The notes under the pieces: model-generated
Databases searched by the model: none
Told to the model about the DNA's origin: nothing
What the model saw: only the letters and a program-made list of their open reading frames with translations
Assembly: GCF_006345805.1 (NCBI RefSeq)
Contig: NC_042999.1
Coordinates: 148,614,001 to 148,678,000, forward strand
Reading direction: 5' to 3'
DNA: 64,000 nucleotides
Origin: Octopus sinensis
Taxonomy: Eukaryota
Shown here: positions 50,680 to 63,255 of the stretch, one piece after another
How positions within the stretch are numbered: position 1 is the first letter of the stretch
Layout of the letters: each line of letters opens with the position of its first letter
Made by a program: the position numbers and the translations under genes

Positions 50680-51415
50680 CTTGTGGTGCAGTGAATATAT
50701 TGTCGTCTAAATTACGCAAAAATGGAAATAACACTGACATCTCATTTTAACAGATATATTTATCAAAATTACATAAAGATATCTTAAAATACTAAAGAGT
50801 AAATTTATTCAATAGAATCACCATTGGCCTTAACCACAGCCTCCAAATGACTTTGGAATCTACTGCAACTCTTCTGGACAGTCTCCTTGTTTAAGTTGGT
50901 GAATGCTGCCATAATCCTTGGCTTCAGTTCATCTATGGTGCTACAAGGAGTTCTGTTGGTCTCTTGCTCAACTGTGCCCCACACATAATAATCAAAAGGG
51001 TTGCAGTTTGGCGAGTTAAGTGGCCAGATGTTAGAGGTGATGTAGACCTCCATATTGAGTCTGAGGCCATGTGGGACGATGAATGGAGATATAATGTCGC
51101 CATCACTAGTGATCACTCCAAAAACCATGATGTTGACTGAATGTTTAATTTTTATCACTCCTGGTACATATCCTCAGATTGACACTCAAACACTCTGAAA
51201 TGTTCGTATTGGAGCTTCCGACACAAATGCCAAGCAGTACAACATATTTTCCAAATTTCTGGCTGATTAAATTGTGTCATAGTGCTATTTTTCTCACAGT
51301 CAGTGCCCACCTGACCCCACTATACTGTGTAGTTGACAAAATCAAAAACAAACCATGTGCAAGTGTGAAATTAAAATCATAAAATGGTGAGAATTTACCC
51401 ATCGCACCTTGTATA
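50680..51415 (-). mobile_element. Internally deleted maT/DD37D-like Tc1/mariner element
   Basis: MVFGVITSDGDIISPFIVPHGLRLN..YI [deletion] WPLNSPNCNPFDYYVWGTVE...CSRFQSHLEAVVKANGDSIE*, with degenerate TIRs at both ends. Confidence 0.85.
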
Positions 51416-51502
51416 TAACAACACATACATATACACTCACAAGGACACACAAGTTTTTAACTACTGATAGACTTGGTCTTTGTGTGCTTACAGAAGCCTT
51501 AA

Positions 51503-51723
51503 CCCTTCCATTACCATATTTATTTTGAGATGCTTTGTGATTCTCTCAATTATTTTAGATGTAACAAAGAATTTAGTAAAATAACTTCGTTATCATTAAG
51601 CTCATGTTAGGAATATAAATTGTGACTAAGGTTTAGTGGAAGATTTTAATTCAAAATTTATGAAAACAAGACATTTGTACTACAGAGCCAGAGCCGGTTT
51701 CAGCCGGTTTGGTATTGAAAGGG
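51503..51723 (-). mobile_element. piggyBac-like MITE family 1
   Basis: TTAA|CCCTT...AAAGGG|TTAA. Confidence 0.85.
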
Positions 51724-52106
51724 TTAAAATATCTATCAATTGCTAATATGAAGATAGAAATACAAACACACATGCACATGCGCATATAGAATCAGCTAGG
51801 TAATCTACCAGTATATAACATTTTATAAGTTTATCTAGAAACAAATGGAAACTTTTGTGAAATTTTCAATATCATCATCATAATGAAAACCAACTCTACA
51901 CACACACACACACACATTACCACCACCACTTTTCAGAAACATTTTCTGTTTTATTAATAAAGATGTACGTCATAATATCAAACATTTAGCATTTATGATA
52001 TTAAATGATCTACATCAGACCACTTCTAGTTCTATGAAACAATACTCCCAGTTTAAAGTGTTCTTGGCAAAATTTAAACTTCCTATTGTAATTGTGTGCA
52101 TGCATA

Positions 52107-52109
<3 letters not shown>

Positions 52110-52166
<57 letters not shown>
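52110..52166. repeat. (GA)n microsatellite
   Basis: Pure run. Confidence 0.95.
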
Positions 52167-52168
<2 letters not shown>

Positions 52169-52317
52169 AACCATCCTCTATTCACATGGAAGAAACTATG
52201 CTTCCATTGTTTTTCCCTTTTCTCTACTTCTGATGTTATCTGTCACAAGAACCAAGCAGAAATATAATCACCACCACCCCCAGTGACCGAAGCAGGATTT
52301 GAACTCAGAATACACAA

Positions 52318-52650
52318 GGCATGGCTGTGTGGTAAAAAGTCTGCTGCCCAATCACATGGTTCCAGGTTCAGTCCCACTGCATGGCACCGAGGGCAAGTGT
52401 CTTCTACTATAGCCTCAGGCCAGCCAAAGCCTTGTGAATGGATTTAGTAGACAGAAACTGGAAGAAGCCCATCGTATATGTGTGTGTGTGTGTGTGTGTG
52501 TGTCTTTGAGTCTGCATTTGCTCTCCACAACTGCTTGACAACTGGTGTTGGTATGTTTACATCCCCGTAATCTAGTAGTTCAGCAAAAGAGATGACAGAA
52601 TAAGTAACAGGCTCAGAAAGAAAAACATACTGGGGTTGATTTATTGACCT
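52318..52650 (+). mobile_element. SINE A, 3'-truncated
   Basis: A head and body, ending at ggggttgatttattgac. Confidence 0.85.
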
Positions 52651-53140
52651 TGAAATGCGAAAAGGTGAGAATAAGGGTCACTACCGCTTCAGCTTGTAGT
52701 CCTGCGCCTGATTGACTCACTATGTTTTTGCCAGCGTTGGTTTGGGAAATTGGGTGATTTTCAGCATGCGTGTACATGGGTGGAAATGAGCTGCTTGGCG
52801 GAGGTCTTGTTGTTTGTTCCTTCTCAAGCCATGCCTGGCTCATAAGGGCCGGTTTCCCGGTTTCCTTGCCGTATAGGTTCTCCACCTGGACAGGACGCCG
52901 GTCCGTTGCAGGTGAGTTGCAAGATGCAGGAGGAAAGAGTGAGAGAAAGTTGTGGTGAAAGAGTCAGCAGAAGTTCGCCATTACTTTCTGCCGGAGCAAT
53001 GTGGAGCTGAGGTGTTTCGCTCATAAACACACACATTGCCCTGTCTGAGATTCGAACCCATGATCCCTCGACCATGAGTCCGCTGCTCTAACAACTAGGC
53101 CATGTGCCTCCATGGCAGAGGTCTGCACTCTCCGAGTGCT
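52650..53140 (+). mobile_element. 3' end of a Helentron-type element, interrupted by a minus-strand SINE C (52810-53109)
   Basis: CTTGGCGGAGGT is the reverse complement of the 5' motif at 30056. Terminal stem-loop GCACTC-TCC-GAGTGC then CTAGTT. SINE TSD tggcggaggtct / tggcagaggtct. Confidence 0.75.
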
Positions 53141-53654
53141 CTTCTAGTTCCAAAATTTATTTATGTTTAACAACTGAGGATGCCCAAAAGACAGTGAGAT
53201 GATGTGAGGGTGTTAACAGGAACAAAACCTAGATTTAAAACACTGGATGATGATGATGATGAACTGAATGAATTTAATAAAAGCATCTAAATATGAAACA
53301 TCATGAAAATTGTTCAAACTGAAGTTCTTGAGTGACACTATTTTACCAAATGAATAAATAAAATTGAATATTAAGTATTTATGGAATTTTGATTTACTGT
53401 CAGGTGACTTTGGGCCAACTTTGTATATTAGGTATTGTAAGCAGAAGATAAACTATGTTTGAAGAAATGGGGATGGTCATGGCAAGAATAATGGCTTTGA
53501 TTACAAGTCTGCTCATTTAGGGAATGACCTAGGGCTAAACAGCAACAGCTGAAAAATAGCAAAATGGATGGATGGATGGATGGTAAGCCACAGCGAGATT
53601 TGGATACGGAGCATATAATTCTAAAAATTCAATGGTTTTTATTAAGTTATGATG

Positions 53655-53870
53655 CTATAATAATAATGGTTTCAAATTTTGGCACAAGACCAGCAATTTC
53701 AGGGGATTAGATTGATCCCAGTGTTCACTGGTTCTTATTTTATCGACCCCAAAAGAGTGAAAGGCAAAGTCAACCTCAGCAGAATTTGAACTCAGAACAT
53801 AAAGACAGACGAAATGCTGCGAAGCATTTAACCCAGCATGCTGATGATTCTGCCAGCTTGCTGTCTTATA
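53655..53870 (-). mobile_element. SINE B
   Basis: Core and head match the other B copies; (TAA)n tail. Confidence 0.85.
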
Positions 53871-53997
53871 ATGCCATAGTAATGACAAAATTATTTGTAT
53901 TAAAATCTCCTCAAATTTCCAATTAATTAAAAGCTAAGTTTTGTTTAAAATATGATCACGAAAAGTTTAAAGCAAAATAAGTAAAGAAACTCCAGAC

Positions 53998-54290
53998 AGG
54001 TGTAGCTGTGTGGTTAAGAATCCTGCTTTGCAACCATGTGGTTTCAAGTTCAATCTTACAGAGTGGCATCTTTGGCAAGTGTATTCGATTATAGCCCAAA
54101 GCTGACCAATGGTTTGGTGAGTAAATTTAGTAAATGGAAACAATGAGGAAGCCTGTTGTAGATTGAGAGTGGGTGAGTGTGTCTGTGTTAATTCTATCCA
54201 CCACCACTGATGTTGGTTTAATTACATCCCCATAACTTAGCAATTCAACAAAAGAAACTGATAGAATAAGTACTAGACTTACAAATTCTG
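53998..54290 (+). mobile_element. Old SINE A
   Basis: Degenerate head and body. Confidence 0.7.
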
Positions 54291-54723
54291 TATTTTAGAA
54301 GAGTCCAAGACCATCCTTATACAGCATCAGTGGTGGTGGTGGTGGTGGTGGTGGTTATTAAAGTACCACCACCCACCTTCAGTAAGAGCTACTTAAGTAG
54401 ACTTAAGTCATAGAAATAGCTGTTCAAATGAAGTATATGTCAGGTTTTTCATCCTTAGTGATCTCGTGTTTCTTGTGGAACACGATGCAGTTATAAGGTT
54501 TAAGGACTTAAATCAGTGCAATCCTTATTTTAAGAATGATAAGTAGTTTGTTGCGAGAGATTAGGATGCTGCACAGAAAATGTTCAATGGCAAATTAGAA
54601 GCTTTCCTCCTGACTTAACCTAATTTTCACTTCATCTGTGGAGCAAGTAAAAAAATCTTGACTAAAGACACAAAGTAAAATCTGGAGATATTTAACCCAT
54701 AAAGTGCTGGGATTTGAACTTAC

Positions 54724-54837
54724 AAAGCATGGACTGCTGAGCACATTTTATAAAATGAGAGTACCAAGCGCACATAAAAAACACGAAAATAACTAAAATA
54801 TCTTCTTCGTATATAATGGTGGCAAGTTTTACATCAT
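54724..54837 (-). CDS. Candidate internal exon of unknown product (DVKLATIIYEEDILVIFVFFMCAWYSHFIKCAQQSML)
   Basis: Acceptor ctaatgacttttcag|, donor |gtaagt, 114 nt, phase 1-1, only one open frame. No family recognised. Confidence 0.2.
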
Positions 54838-55217
54838 CTGAAAAGTCATTAGTTGAACTATTAGTCCTCTTGCATTCTGGGGGGCATTGGAGTGTCTGAG
54901 TGATGTTAGACCCCAACAAACGCCCATAAATAAAATGCATCTATCTGGGCCACGATCATGGCCTGTCGACCTGTGTCTAATAGCCACAAACATGGCCTGT
55001 CACACTTTATGTGTTAAGGTCAGTATCCTACTATCATCACTTCATCCATTTATGTTGCCAGATATTATAAGGGAATATGCTTACATTCTTCAAGCTTAAA
55101 TGCCTGCAACAATTTATCAGTGACCCCCCTTCAAAATCCATCTTTTCTTCATTATGACTTTAAACTAATAAATCACACCTAAGCTCCAGTCACTGATTTA
55201 CCAAATTAGGTCTAAAT

Positions 55218-55447
55218 CAGTGGTACTCAACTGGCATCCATGTAAGATTTTTTGTTAATGTTGATGTGCAATAAATTGTTTATAATTCTACAATACACAA
55301 AATACTTTTAAAATTTTTTTACATAATTCCTAATAATATTTAATCAAAAAAATATGAGTTTTTAGACATCAAATGGTTATAATGGTCCATCTGAGTGAAA
55401 TAGGAATTAAACAGGATCCATAGGTAAAAAATGGTTGAAAACCACTG
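55218..55447. mobile_element. hAT (Charlie-like) MITE, 230 bp
   Basis: TIRs CAGTGGTACTCAAC / GTTGAAAACCACTG. Perfect TSD gtctaaat. Confidence 0.9.
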
Positions 55448-56641
55448 GTCTAAATGAAGAGGATCCTTTTAAGTGGCATGGCTGTGTAGAAATTGCTCAA
55501 GAAAGGACTGATAAAGATCAGTGCCTCTTCAAGAAGTAGTCCAACACTAGCCATCTCACTAATACTAAACATAACCACAGCTGGTTAAGTGAAAAAAAAA
55601 GGGCATCTACATAGTTATTTCACCTGCAAGAAATTACAGCCAAATCTATCTTATATTAGGCATAATTTTCTTAAGGAAAAAACAAAAAGAGAGGGATATA
55701 CAAGATAAGCCTTGCTTGAAAGATTATGATGTCATAAATAGAACAGCTTTGCTTGCAAGTTTAGTCATCCTGGGGCTAAAATAACAAAATATAGCTAGAA
55801 AATGGCACTGACAATTTTTTCTACTCAATTAGAATAAAAGCTATTTTTTCTTTAATTCTCTATGGTTTAACCTAAAGTTGGATATTTAAATTCAGAAGAA
55901 CCACAAGAATACAACTAAATATTTTTATGGAAATAATGTTATCATGAAATTAGTAAAAGGTTTGTGTGTGCGCGCGCACGCGTGCATAATCATCATTTTT
56001 TTATAGCCTCTTATGTCAACAAGGAAAATCTTTGATAAAACATGTTAAATTTGAGAAATACACAAACAAGTACAAACATACTCATGTTTTGATCAACTTT
56101 ATACTTTTTAGATATAGCAGTGTGAGAAAAAGAAGTCAGATGTTGATTTCCAAAATACCAGAGAATTGAATTCAATCTTAGAAGCTGGGCAGATAAATTT
56201 GTGCCTAGACTGATGAAGTGAAATTTTTAGTTTTCAACCAGAGTTGAAGACTAACTGTTCCTTGGTTCTAATCTCACAATCAACCATTGCCCTTGTAAGT
56301 GGGGCAGTTAATAACATTTATTAACATAGGGTGGGGGTTCTAGACTAATGGAGATATTTAGCATATTGATTATAAGCAACACAGCAGTTGGCATATCTGA
56401 TGATCATAGCCTTTAAGATCAAATCTTGCCATAGGCATTGCTGGGAGACAAATATATGCAAAGGACTAATAATTAAAAAAAACAATCACTTTTTAAGCCT
56501 GATTAGTTTTTATGCTCATTATGAAACAAATTTAAGGATTCTTTATTCAGAGCAACACAACTAGATTTTTTTTCCTTCTTCGTCCTTCTAAAGCTAATCA
56601 TTTTAGATCTCTGTGTGGTTAAGAAACACCATGAATATGAA

Positions 56642-56681
<40 letters not shown>

Positions 56682-56750
56682 GTAGGAAGTAATGGGCTGG
56701 ATGAAGAATTTGGAGTTTAAGTTCAAATTCATTTGAACACTACTTTTTTA

Positions 56751-56950
56751 TTCTTTTATTTGTTTGTCATTTGACTGTGGCCATGCTGGAGCATCGCCTT
56801 TAGTCGAACAAATCAACCCCAGCACTTATTTTCTTTGTCACCCAAGTACTTATTCTATTGGTCTCTTTTGCCGAACCGCTAATTTACGGGGACGTAAACA
56901 CACCAACATCGGTTGTGAAGCAATGGTGGAGGGACAAACACAGACACATA

Positions 56951-56990
<40 letters not shown>

Positions 56991-57147
56991 ACAGGCTTCT
57001 TTCAGTTTTCATCTACCAAATCCACTCACACGGCTTTGGTCGGCCTGAGACTATAGTAGAAGACACTTGCCCAAGGTGCTTCGCAGTGGGACTGAACCTG
57101 GAACTATGTGGCTGGCAAGCAAGCTACTTACCACACAGCCACCCCTA
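56751..57147 (-). mobile_element. Full-length SINE A
   Basis: Head-to-tail similarity to the other A copies. Confidence 0.9.
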
Positions 57148-57166
57148 CAAGTTTTCTTTGTATATG

Positions 57167-57214
<48 letters not shown>

Positions 57215-57379
57215 ACACACACACACATATACACACACTCACAGGATTTTATAATGAATATTACAACTTTCCAGTACCAAAGCACTGATTTTGTACACAT
57301 CAATAAATTGAATATGGCTAATAATCCTCAATAAGATCTTAAAATCAGACAAAAGTGTGTTTTCAGTAAGAAACTATTG

Positions 57380-57760
57380 TAGTTGCTTGGACTCAGGATA
57401 GCCCATACAGAGCAAATCAATGATCAAAGATATTCCAATCCAGCCTCGACCAACCCACTTTTAGGATAGTAGTGCATGACATGCAAAAGATTTGGTTGCT
57501 ATTTCTAACACTTGAATAATCACATTGGTTTGACTCTTTTGTTCGCCAATAAGATATTTGATACAGGAAACACTCTAATCACAGAAAACAAGCCAAGAAA
57601 GGAGTTTCTACATAGTGACTCAACCTACTAGAAATAATAGCTAAGTCTACCTCAGATCAAACTCACCCACTTTAAAAAAGAAGATACATATAACAGGATG
57701 CTCACAAAGGAAGGGTCTCTGATCATAGATCTGCTTGATCGGGAATGAAATATCATATGA
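57380..57760. repeat. Old interspersed repeat of unassigned class
   Basis: Shared motif ctagaaatagcagc..aaatctccctcaaatca..cccta...ttaaaaaag. Fragments also near 10080, 13200, 28000, 41890, 44400-44700, 55480-55790, 61490 and 62310. Confidence 0.6.
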
Positions 57761-59409
57761 TTGCCTATTAATATACAGAACTGAAATAACAGCATAAAAT
57801 ATTTTCTACCCAGTCAATGACTCAATATTGAAGTCTTTCAAAATCAACAACAAGCATGTAAAATCTGATAAATTTTGTATCTAAAAATAGAATTCTGCAA
57901 ACTTGACAACAATAAAATAAACATGAAAAACATTGATAAAATTTCAGGAGCTTTTTGCAGTTAATGGTAAGGACCGTCAAAATCTTCATGTTTTGTTTAT
58001 CACATGGAAGCACATTTAGCTGATAACATTAGTCTGCCATGTATCGTTCTATCTAGTCAGACATAACTCTAAAATAAAGTGAAGATAAGGCATTTCTCAG
58101 AAAACAGCTTTTTAAAAAGCAGCTTAAAATTGTGGTAAGCAACATGTATTTTCCGAATATCATATCCTACTGAATGGGTGTTGAATACTGTAGTCTCTGC
58201 AGGTTGCCTAGCAACTACAGAGTGATGCAAAGGTTTAAATCCATCAATAAACCGATTCTCTGATTCCAAGATACAAGAATGCTTTGATAGAGATTTATTA
58301 CAAATGCAAGTGCTGTTGTATCTTCTGAGATGAAAACACGAAGTAAAAAATTTATAATAGGATTGAAACGCATACACATATGTACTCTCTCACACACACA
58401 CACACAACTGTTAAATATTTATGAGGATTTTAGAATTGCTATCCAAATAAAATGTGGAATTTGGTCAAGCCTGAAAAAACTTTTGTGTGAGAAATATGTA
58501 AAAATGTTAAATCCCATAAAAGAAAAATACAATAAAAACTCAAATCTGCAAATGAATAGCACTTACCTGCAAATCCTGCAGATTCTAAAACTAATGTTCT
58601 ATTAAGTTACACTAGGGTCACTAAGCCAGCTAACTTTATAATGGCAATTATGATGACATTTGATCTGAGAAAGAAGCCATACAGAGATATTAAGCCACTT
58701 CAACCAGAGAGATGCGGGGGTCGGGGGAATGACTAACATGATAGCTGATGCTGCTGCTACTACTACTACAACTACTACTACCACCACTACCATCATCAAC
58801 AACAATGACACCACCACAAGAACAGGATCTGGGTTTCCAGAGAGTTGCATCTGCCTTTACAAATCCAACATCAATCACTTCCTACTCTTCTGGAAATACT
58901 CTCCATTTTGACAGCTGTGTTGAAACCAGATGTGAATGAATACCTGCTTCGCAGGACTATCGATAATGACAATGATTAACTGGTATCAATGATTATAATT
59001 ATATTGACGAGAAGGATAATGGTGATTATAATGAAGATGATTATAATGATAACTGGCAGTACCTTTGAAAATTCCATGGTTATTTTGAAAATTTTAAGAT
59101 GGAATTGTATATTTTTCTGAATTATTTAATTCTTGAGAAGGTGTAAAAGTCCACATTGGTAATATTGAAAGTGCAATCTCAAGAGACAATGTCTCTGCAA
59201 GATATATTCTTGTGTCTTCTACTTTGTGAGTTATCGATTATTTTTCTCTTTACATCAAGAAGTAAAAAGAGTTGGTTGTTATAGCATCTTCCATGTCTGT
59301 GTTCCCTTCAGTAACATCCTCCCTTTCTCTCTCTCTCTGTCTCTCCTTTCAACTTTACACCCCACCTACACTAAATACATTCCTTTGGCAAACTTTTTAA
59401 CCCCATAAT

Positions 59410-59810
59410 ATACTTTTCTACTCTAGGCACAAGGCCCGATATTTTGGGGGAGAGGGCCAGTTCATTAGATCAACCCCAGTACACAACTGGTACTTAATTT
59501 ATTGACCCCGAAAGGATGAAAGGCAAAGTTGACCTCGGCAGAATTTGAACTCAGAACATCAAGATGGGCGAAATACCTGTTCCTTTACTACCCACATGGA
59601 GCTAAACACAGAGAGGACAAACAAGGACAGACAAACGGATTAAGTCGATTATATCAACCCCAGTGCGTAACTGGTACTTATTTAATCGACCCCGAAAGGA
59701 TGAAAGGCAAAGTCGACCTTGGCGGAATTTGAACTCAGAACATAGCGGCAGACAAAATACCGCTAAGCATTTTGCCCAGCATGCTAGTGTTTCTGCCAGC
59801 TCACCACCTT
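59410..59810 (-). mobile_element. Dimeric SINE B (full unit with tail type 2 joined to a headless unit with tail type 1)
   Basis: Two cores in tandem, joined at gtaaaggaaca|ggtatttcg on the minus strand. Confidence 0.85.
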
Positions 59811-60139
59811 ATTTAACACCATAAAATAGTAGAAATCCATTCCATCTACCTCTCACCATTAACACACACACACACACTCTCTCTTCACCTCACCCTTCAA
59901 CTAATCAATCACATGGCAGTAACACATATTTGGCTTTAAAGCATTAATATATAGATTATAATGATGATGAAGCTTCCACAAGTTATCAAGTAATTTATTT
60001 GTATTATATTTCTTTATTTCATCTTTTTCTTATAAAGGAAGAGATTCTGTTAAGCACCAGTCCTAGCTGAATAAGTCTCATTGTAGATTTCTCTAGATAA
60101 AGTCTGAAGCTAAATATACTTTTCCACTAATTTTGTCAG

Positions 60140-60300
60140 ACCAAACACACACAAGAAAACACCACCACCCTGTGCTGGAGCCTCGTGGAGCTTTATTAGG
60201 TGTTTTCACTCCATAAACACATACGTCAGTCTGGGAATCGAAACCTCGATCCTCCGACCGCGAGTCCACTGCCCTAACCACTGGGCTATTGCGCCTCCAC
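60140..60300 (-). mobile_element. SINE C 5' part
   Basis: gtggaggcgcaatagcccagtggttagggcagtggactcgcggtcggaggatcgaggtttcgattccc on the minus strand. Confidence 0.85.
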
Positions 60301-60359
<59 letters not shown>

Positions 60360-60779
60360 TATAAAAGGTCTTATGGTTATTTAGTTTTCCTATTTGCAGT
60401 GTGAATTCTCATCACACTATATTTTCCTTCCCACAGGTTTCTTGCTGGACAGTACAACTGTTGTCTAGTCAGTCCCTTCAAATTTTGTATATTTTGAGAA
60501 ACCTGCATGCAATCGGTCAGGTCATTATAGAGCTTGTTCATCTTTGTGTTTGATCAGCTTATCATCAATCTTGTGAATATGGTCAGTTCATCTTCATCAT
60601 ATGGCTAACTCATTAAATATAACTAGGAAGATCACCATGGAAATACTATACCAATCAAGAACTGAGAAACAACACATTTAAATTATTTCCCAAGCCCTAA
60701 CTTGACAGTCAAATTACATTATCTCAGCGAGTCTTTTCTGAACAGCTTTACCAAATATATACACCCAATCTTATTTTAC

Positions 60780-60980
60780 AGAAGCTGTTAAGTAGCAAAG
60801 GTTTACATCCCTTGACATTGAGAATGGTTGGGTTCATTTTTAGTATTCTCATTTGTGAGAGCAGTCGAGTTTTTTCTTTTTTTTTTCAGATATTCTCATT
60901 TTAAAAGTTATCTCTAGCTAATCATTGAGAGGACATTGGTGTTGCCTTGGCAAAGGTTTGCGCTCTCTGGGTCCTCTTGT
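60780..60980 (+). mobile_element. Degenerate 3' end of a Helentron-type element
   Basis: ccttggcaaaggtttgcgctctctgggtcctcttgtt resembles the end at 53110-53140. Confidence 0.5.
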
Positions 60981-61139
60981 TATTATTATTTTCTAGGTGA
61001 TGGGGTATGTGCTGGAAAAGGTTTGCAACTTCTCCAAGACCAGTGAGATCACTGATGGAATAGTTTGAACAGTTGCAAGTTGATAGCTGTAGACAAAAAG
61101 ACAGAAATGATGGTTAATGGTTATGATTCATGGTGGGGG

Positions 61140-61450
61140 AATGACAATGCAGAGCTTCACAGAAAGAGATGATAGGTAAAATGAAGAAAATGTTCTTTAT
61201 GAAGATAGTGAAGATGATGGGGATGATGAGTAAATAGTGGCTAACAGTTGATTAAAGACTGACAATGATGATTGTGATAATTATGGGAGAAAATGATGGT
61301 GAAGACAATAAAAAACAAAGGTGATCAAAGAAGAAAATTCCAATAACAAGGAAGATAATGATGAGGACAAAGACAGTGAGAGTATAAATGTGGTAATAAT
61401 GAACAAAAAAAAAAGATGCTAAGATGAAGATAATATCAATAAAGATTATG
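61140..61450. repeat. Degenerate (GAT/AAT)n low-complexity tract
   Basis: Visible directly. Confidence 0.8.
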
Positions 61451-62654
61451 CCCAAAGTCAAGCTGGAGAGAACTGATATGTGATTAAAAAAACCATTCCC
61501 ACCATGACCATCCCATTAGGATTACAATATCTAATGGGCAACTTTAAGACAATACGCTGAAATTTCAAGGAGATTTTATTGCTATTTCTAGCAAGCTGAG
61601 TGGCAAAGTAGAGGCTCAGTCGATTGCATGATAAGGACAATGGTCATGGCAGTAATCATGAAGATAATTAATGAAGAAACTTATGATAAGGAGGAGGAGA
61701 GTATACACAATAACAAGGACATTCTACTAAAGAATTCCCACATCATGAAATGATTTTCAAGACAGACAGACATCTTTGAAGAGGGATTCGTATGCCATAA
61801 ACACTCAACGATCATTAAGGTTTTGAAAAGTAAGATTATACAGAAACCATGGAAACTGTTACATTATGGAGAAATAACAGCCACAATAACAATACTGGTG
61901 GAGGTGATGATGGTGGTGGTGGTGGCGGCGGTGGTGGTGGTGGCAACAATAACATGGTTGATGTAACAATCTCATTACTAACCAAAGTGTCCACCAGCTG
62001 AGCTGACCTCATTAACCACATTAGTAATTGGTGTCATTGTAGTGAATGGCTGTTTGTAAATAAAGCATCATCATCGTACACCACAACAACAGCATGTGCT
62101 GCTGGCTGGCTGGTTGAGAGGCTGTCAGCTTCCTGACATTAAAACCACCACCACCAGCACTGCCACCAAAACCCCCATTATCACCACCACTACCACTCTA
62201 TAAAGAACCAATAGACAGAATCAATAATCAAACAAACAGACTGGAACAAACACCACTAACACAAACAACAACACAAATGCTACCATCACAACCAGTGCGG
62301 GGTGCATTTATGTGGTCATTAAACTGGCTAGAAATAGCAGTTAATCTTTAGCAAATCCCACACTACCGTTTTAGAAAGAAAAAAAGTTGGATAATGTGAT
62401 TTGGGATGCTTTTAATCATAGGTCAGCATGATCACATCTGATTTGGTGGTCAACATCAACAACCATCCAAACTGCAGGACACCAATATCATCTTCCATCC
62501 AATCCCCTGCTCGGTGTTTACAGAGGAAAGTAAACACATAACCATTAGAGAATTGCAATAATTAAATTCCTTAGCAAGCAGAAATACACATACAAACATA
62601 AATACACACATTCATAAAAGCCTAAATGCATAATAAATACAAAATACACTCATG

Positions 62655-63065
62655 GGTGCAGGCTTGACTGTGTGGTTAAGAAGCTTGGTTCTCAACCATG
62701 TGACCATGGGTTCAGTTCCAATGCACAGCACTTTATGTGTTTTCTTGTATAGCCCTAGGTCGACCAAATCCTCGGAGAAGATTTGTTAGATGGAAATTTA
62801 AAGTAACTTCCCGCACGCGCGCGTGCGTGCGTGCGTGCGTGCGTGTGTATGTGTGTGTGTGTGTGTGTGTCTCCTCTCTCTCTCTCTCTCTCTGTTTTGC
62901 ATTTATCCTCATCATCACTTGACAACCTGTGATTTAGTGGTTCGGTAAAAGAGACTGATAGAAGAAGCACCCAGCCTAAATAAAATAAATTTTATTTGAC
63001 TAAACCTTTCAAAGCAGTACCCCAGCATGGCTGTAGTCCAATGCCTGAAACAAGTAAAACATACA
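62655..63065 (+). mobile_element. Old SINE A with expanded (CG/TG/CT)n centre
   Basis: Degenerate head, tail ccccagcatggctgtagtccaatgcctgaaacaagtaaaa. Confidence 0.75.
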
Positions 63066-63222
63066 CACACAAACAAGGTTTTAAATCTATTTATAGAAAG
63101 TTTGTGGCCACTAAATTCCAATGAAGGAAGCCTTGTTTCCTGGCTTTTAGATAGTATCATCACCATTGTTTTACTGGATATATTCAAACAAACATAACGA
63201 CACAGTATATGCATACATATAT

Positions 63223-63255
<33 letters not shown>

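Noticed and set aside
50805-51158. 117-aa ORF as a functional transposase
   Set aside because: Internal deletion removes the middle catalytic region, and the N-terminus is broken.
30051-53140. One giant 23-kb Helentron bounded by the 5' end at 30051 and the 3' end at 53140
   Set aside because: The orientation fits, but the interval holds many old unrelated repeats and another orphan 3' end exists at about 60950, so independent truncated copies are more parsimonious. Synteny with an empty site would overturn this.
58069-58377. 102-aa minus-strand ORF (..ILESENRFIDGFKPLHHSVVARQPAETTVFNTHSVGYDIRK..)
   Set aside because: No recognisable domain and weak splice or start context; ORFs of this size occur by chance. 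A tblastn hit with codon conservation would revive it.
60425-60530. Very strong plus-strand acceptor (ttttccttcccacag) at 60444
   Set aside because: No good donor or recognisable peptide follows. It shows that strong isolated splice signals occur by chance on both strands here.
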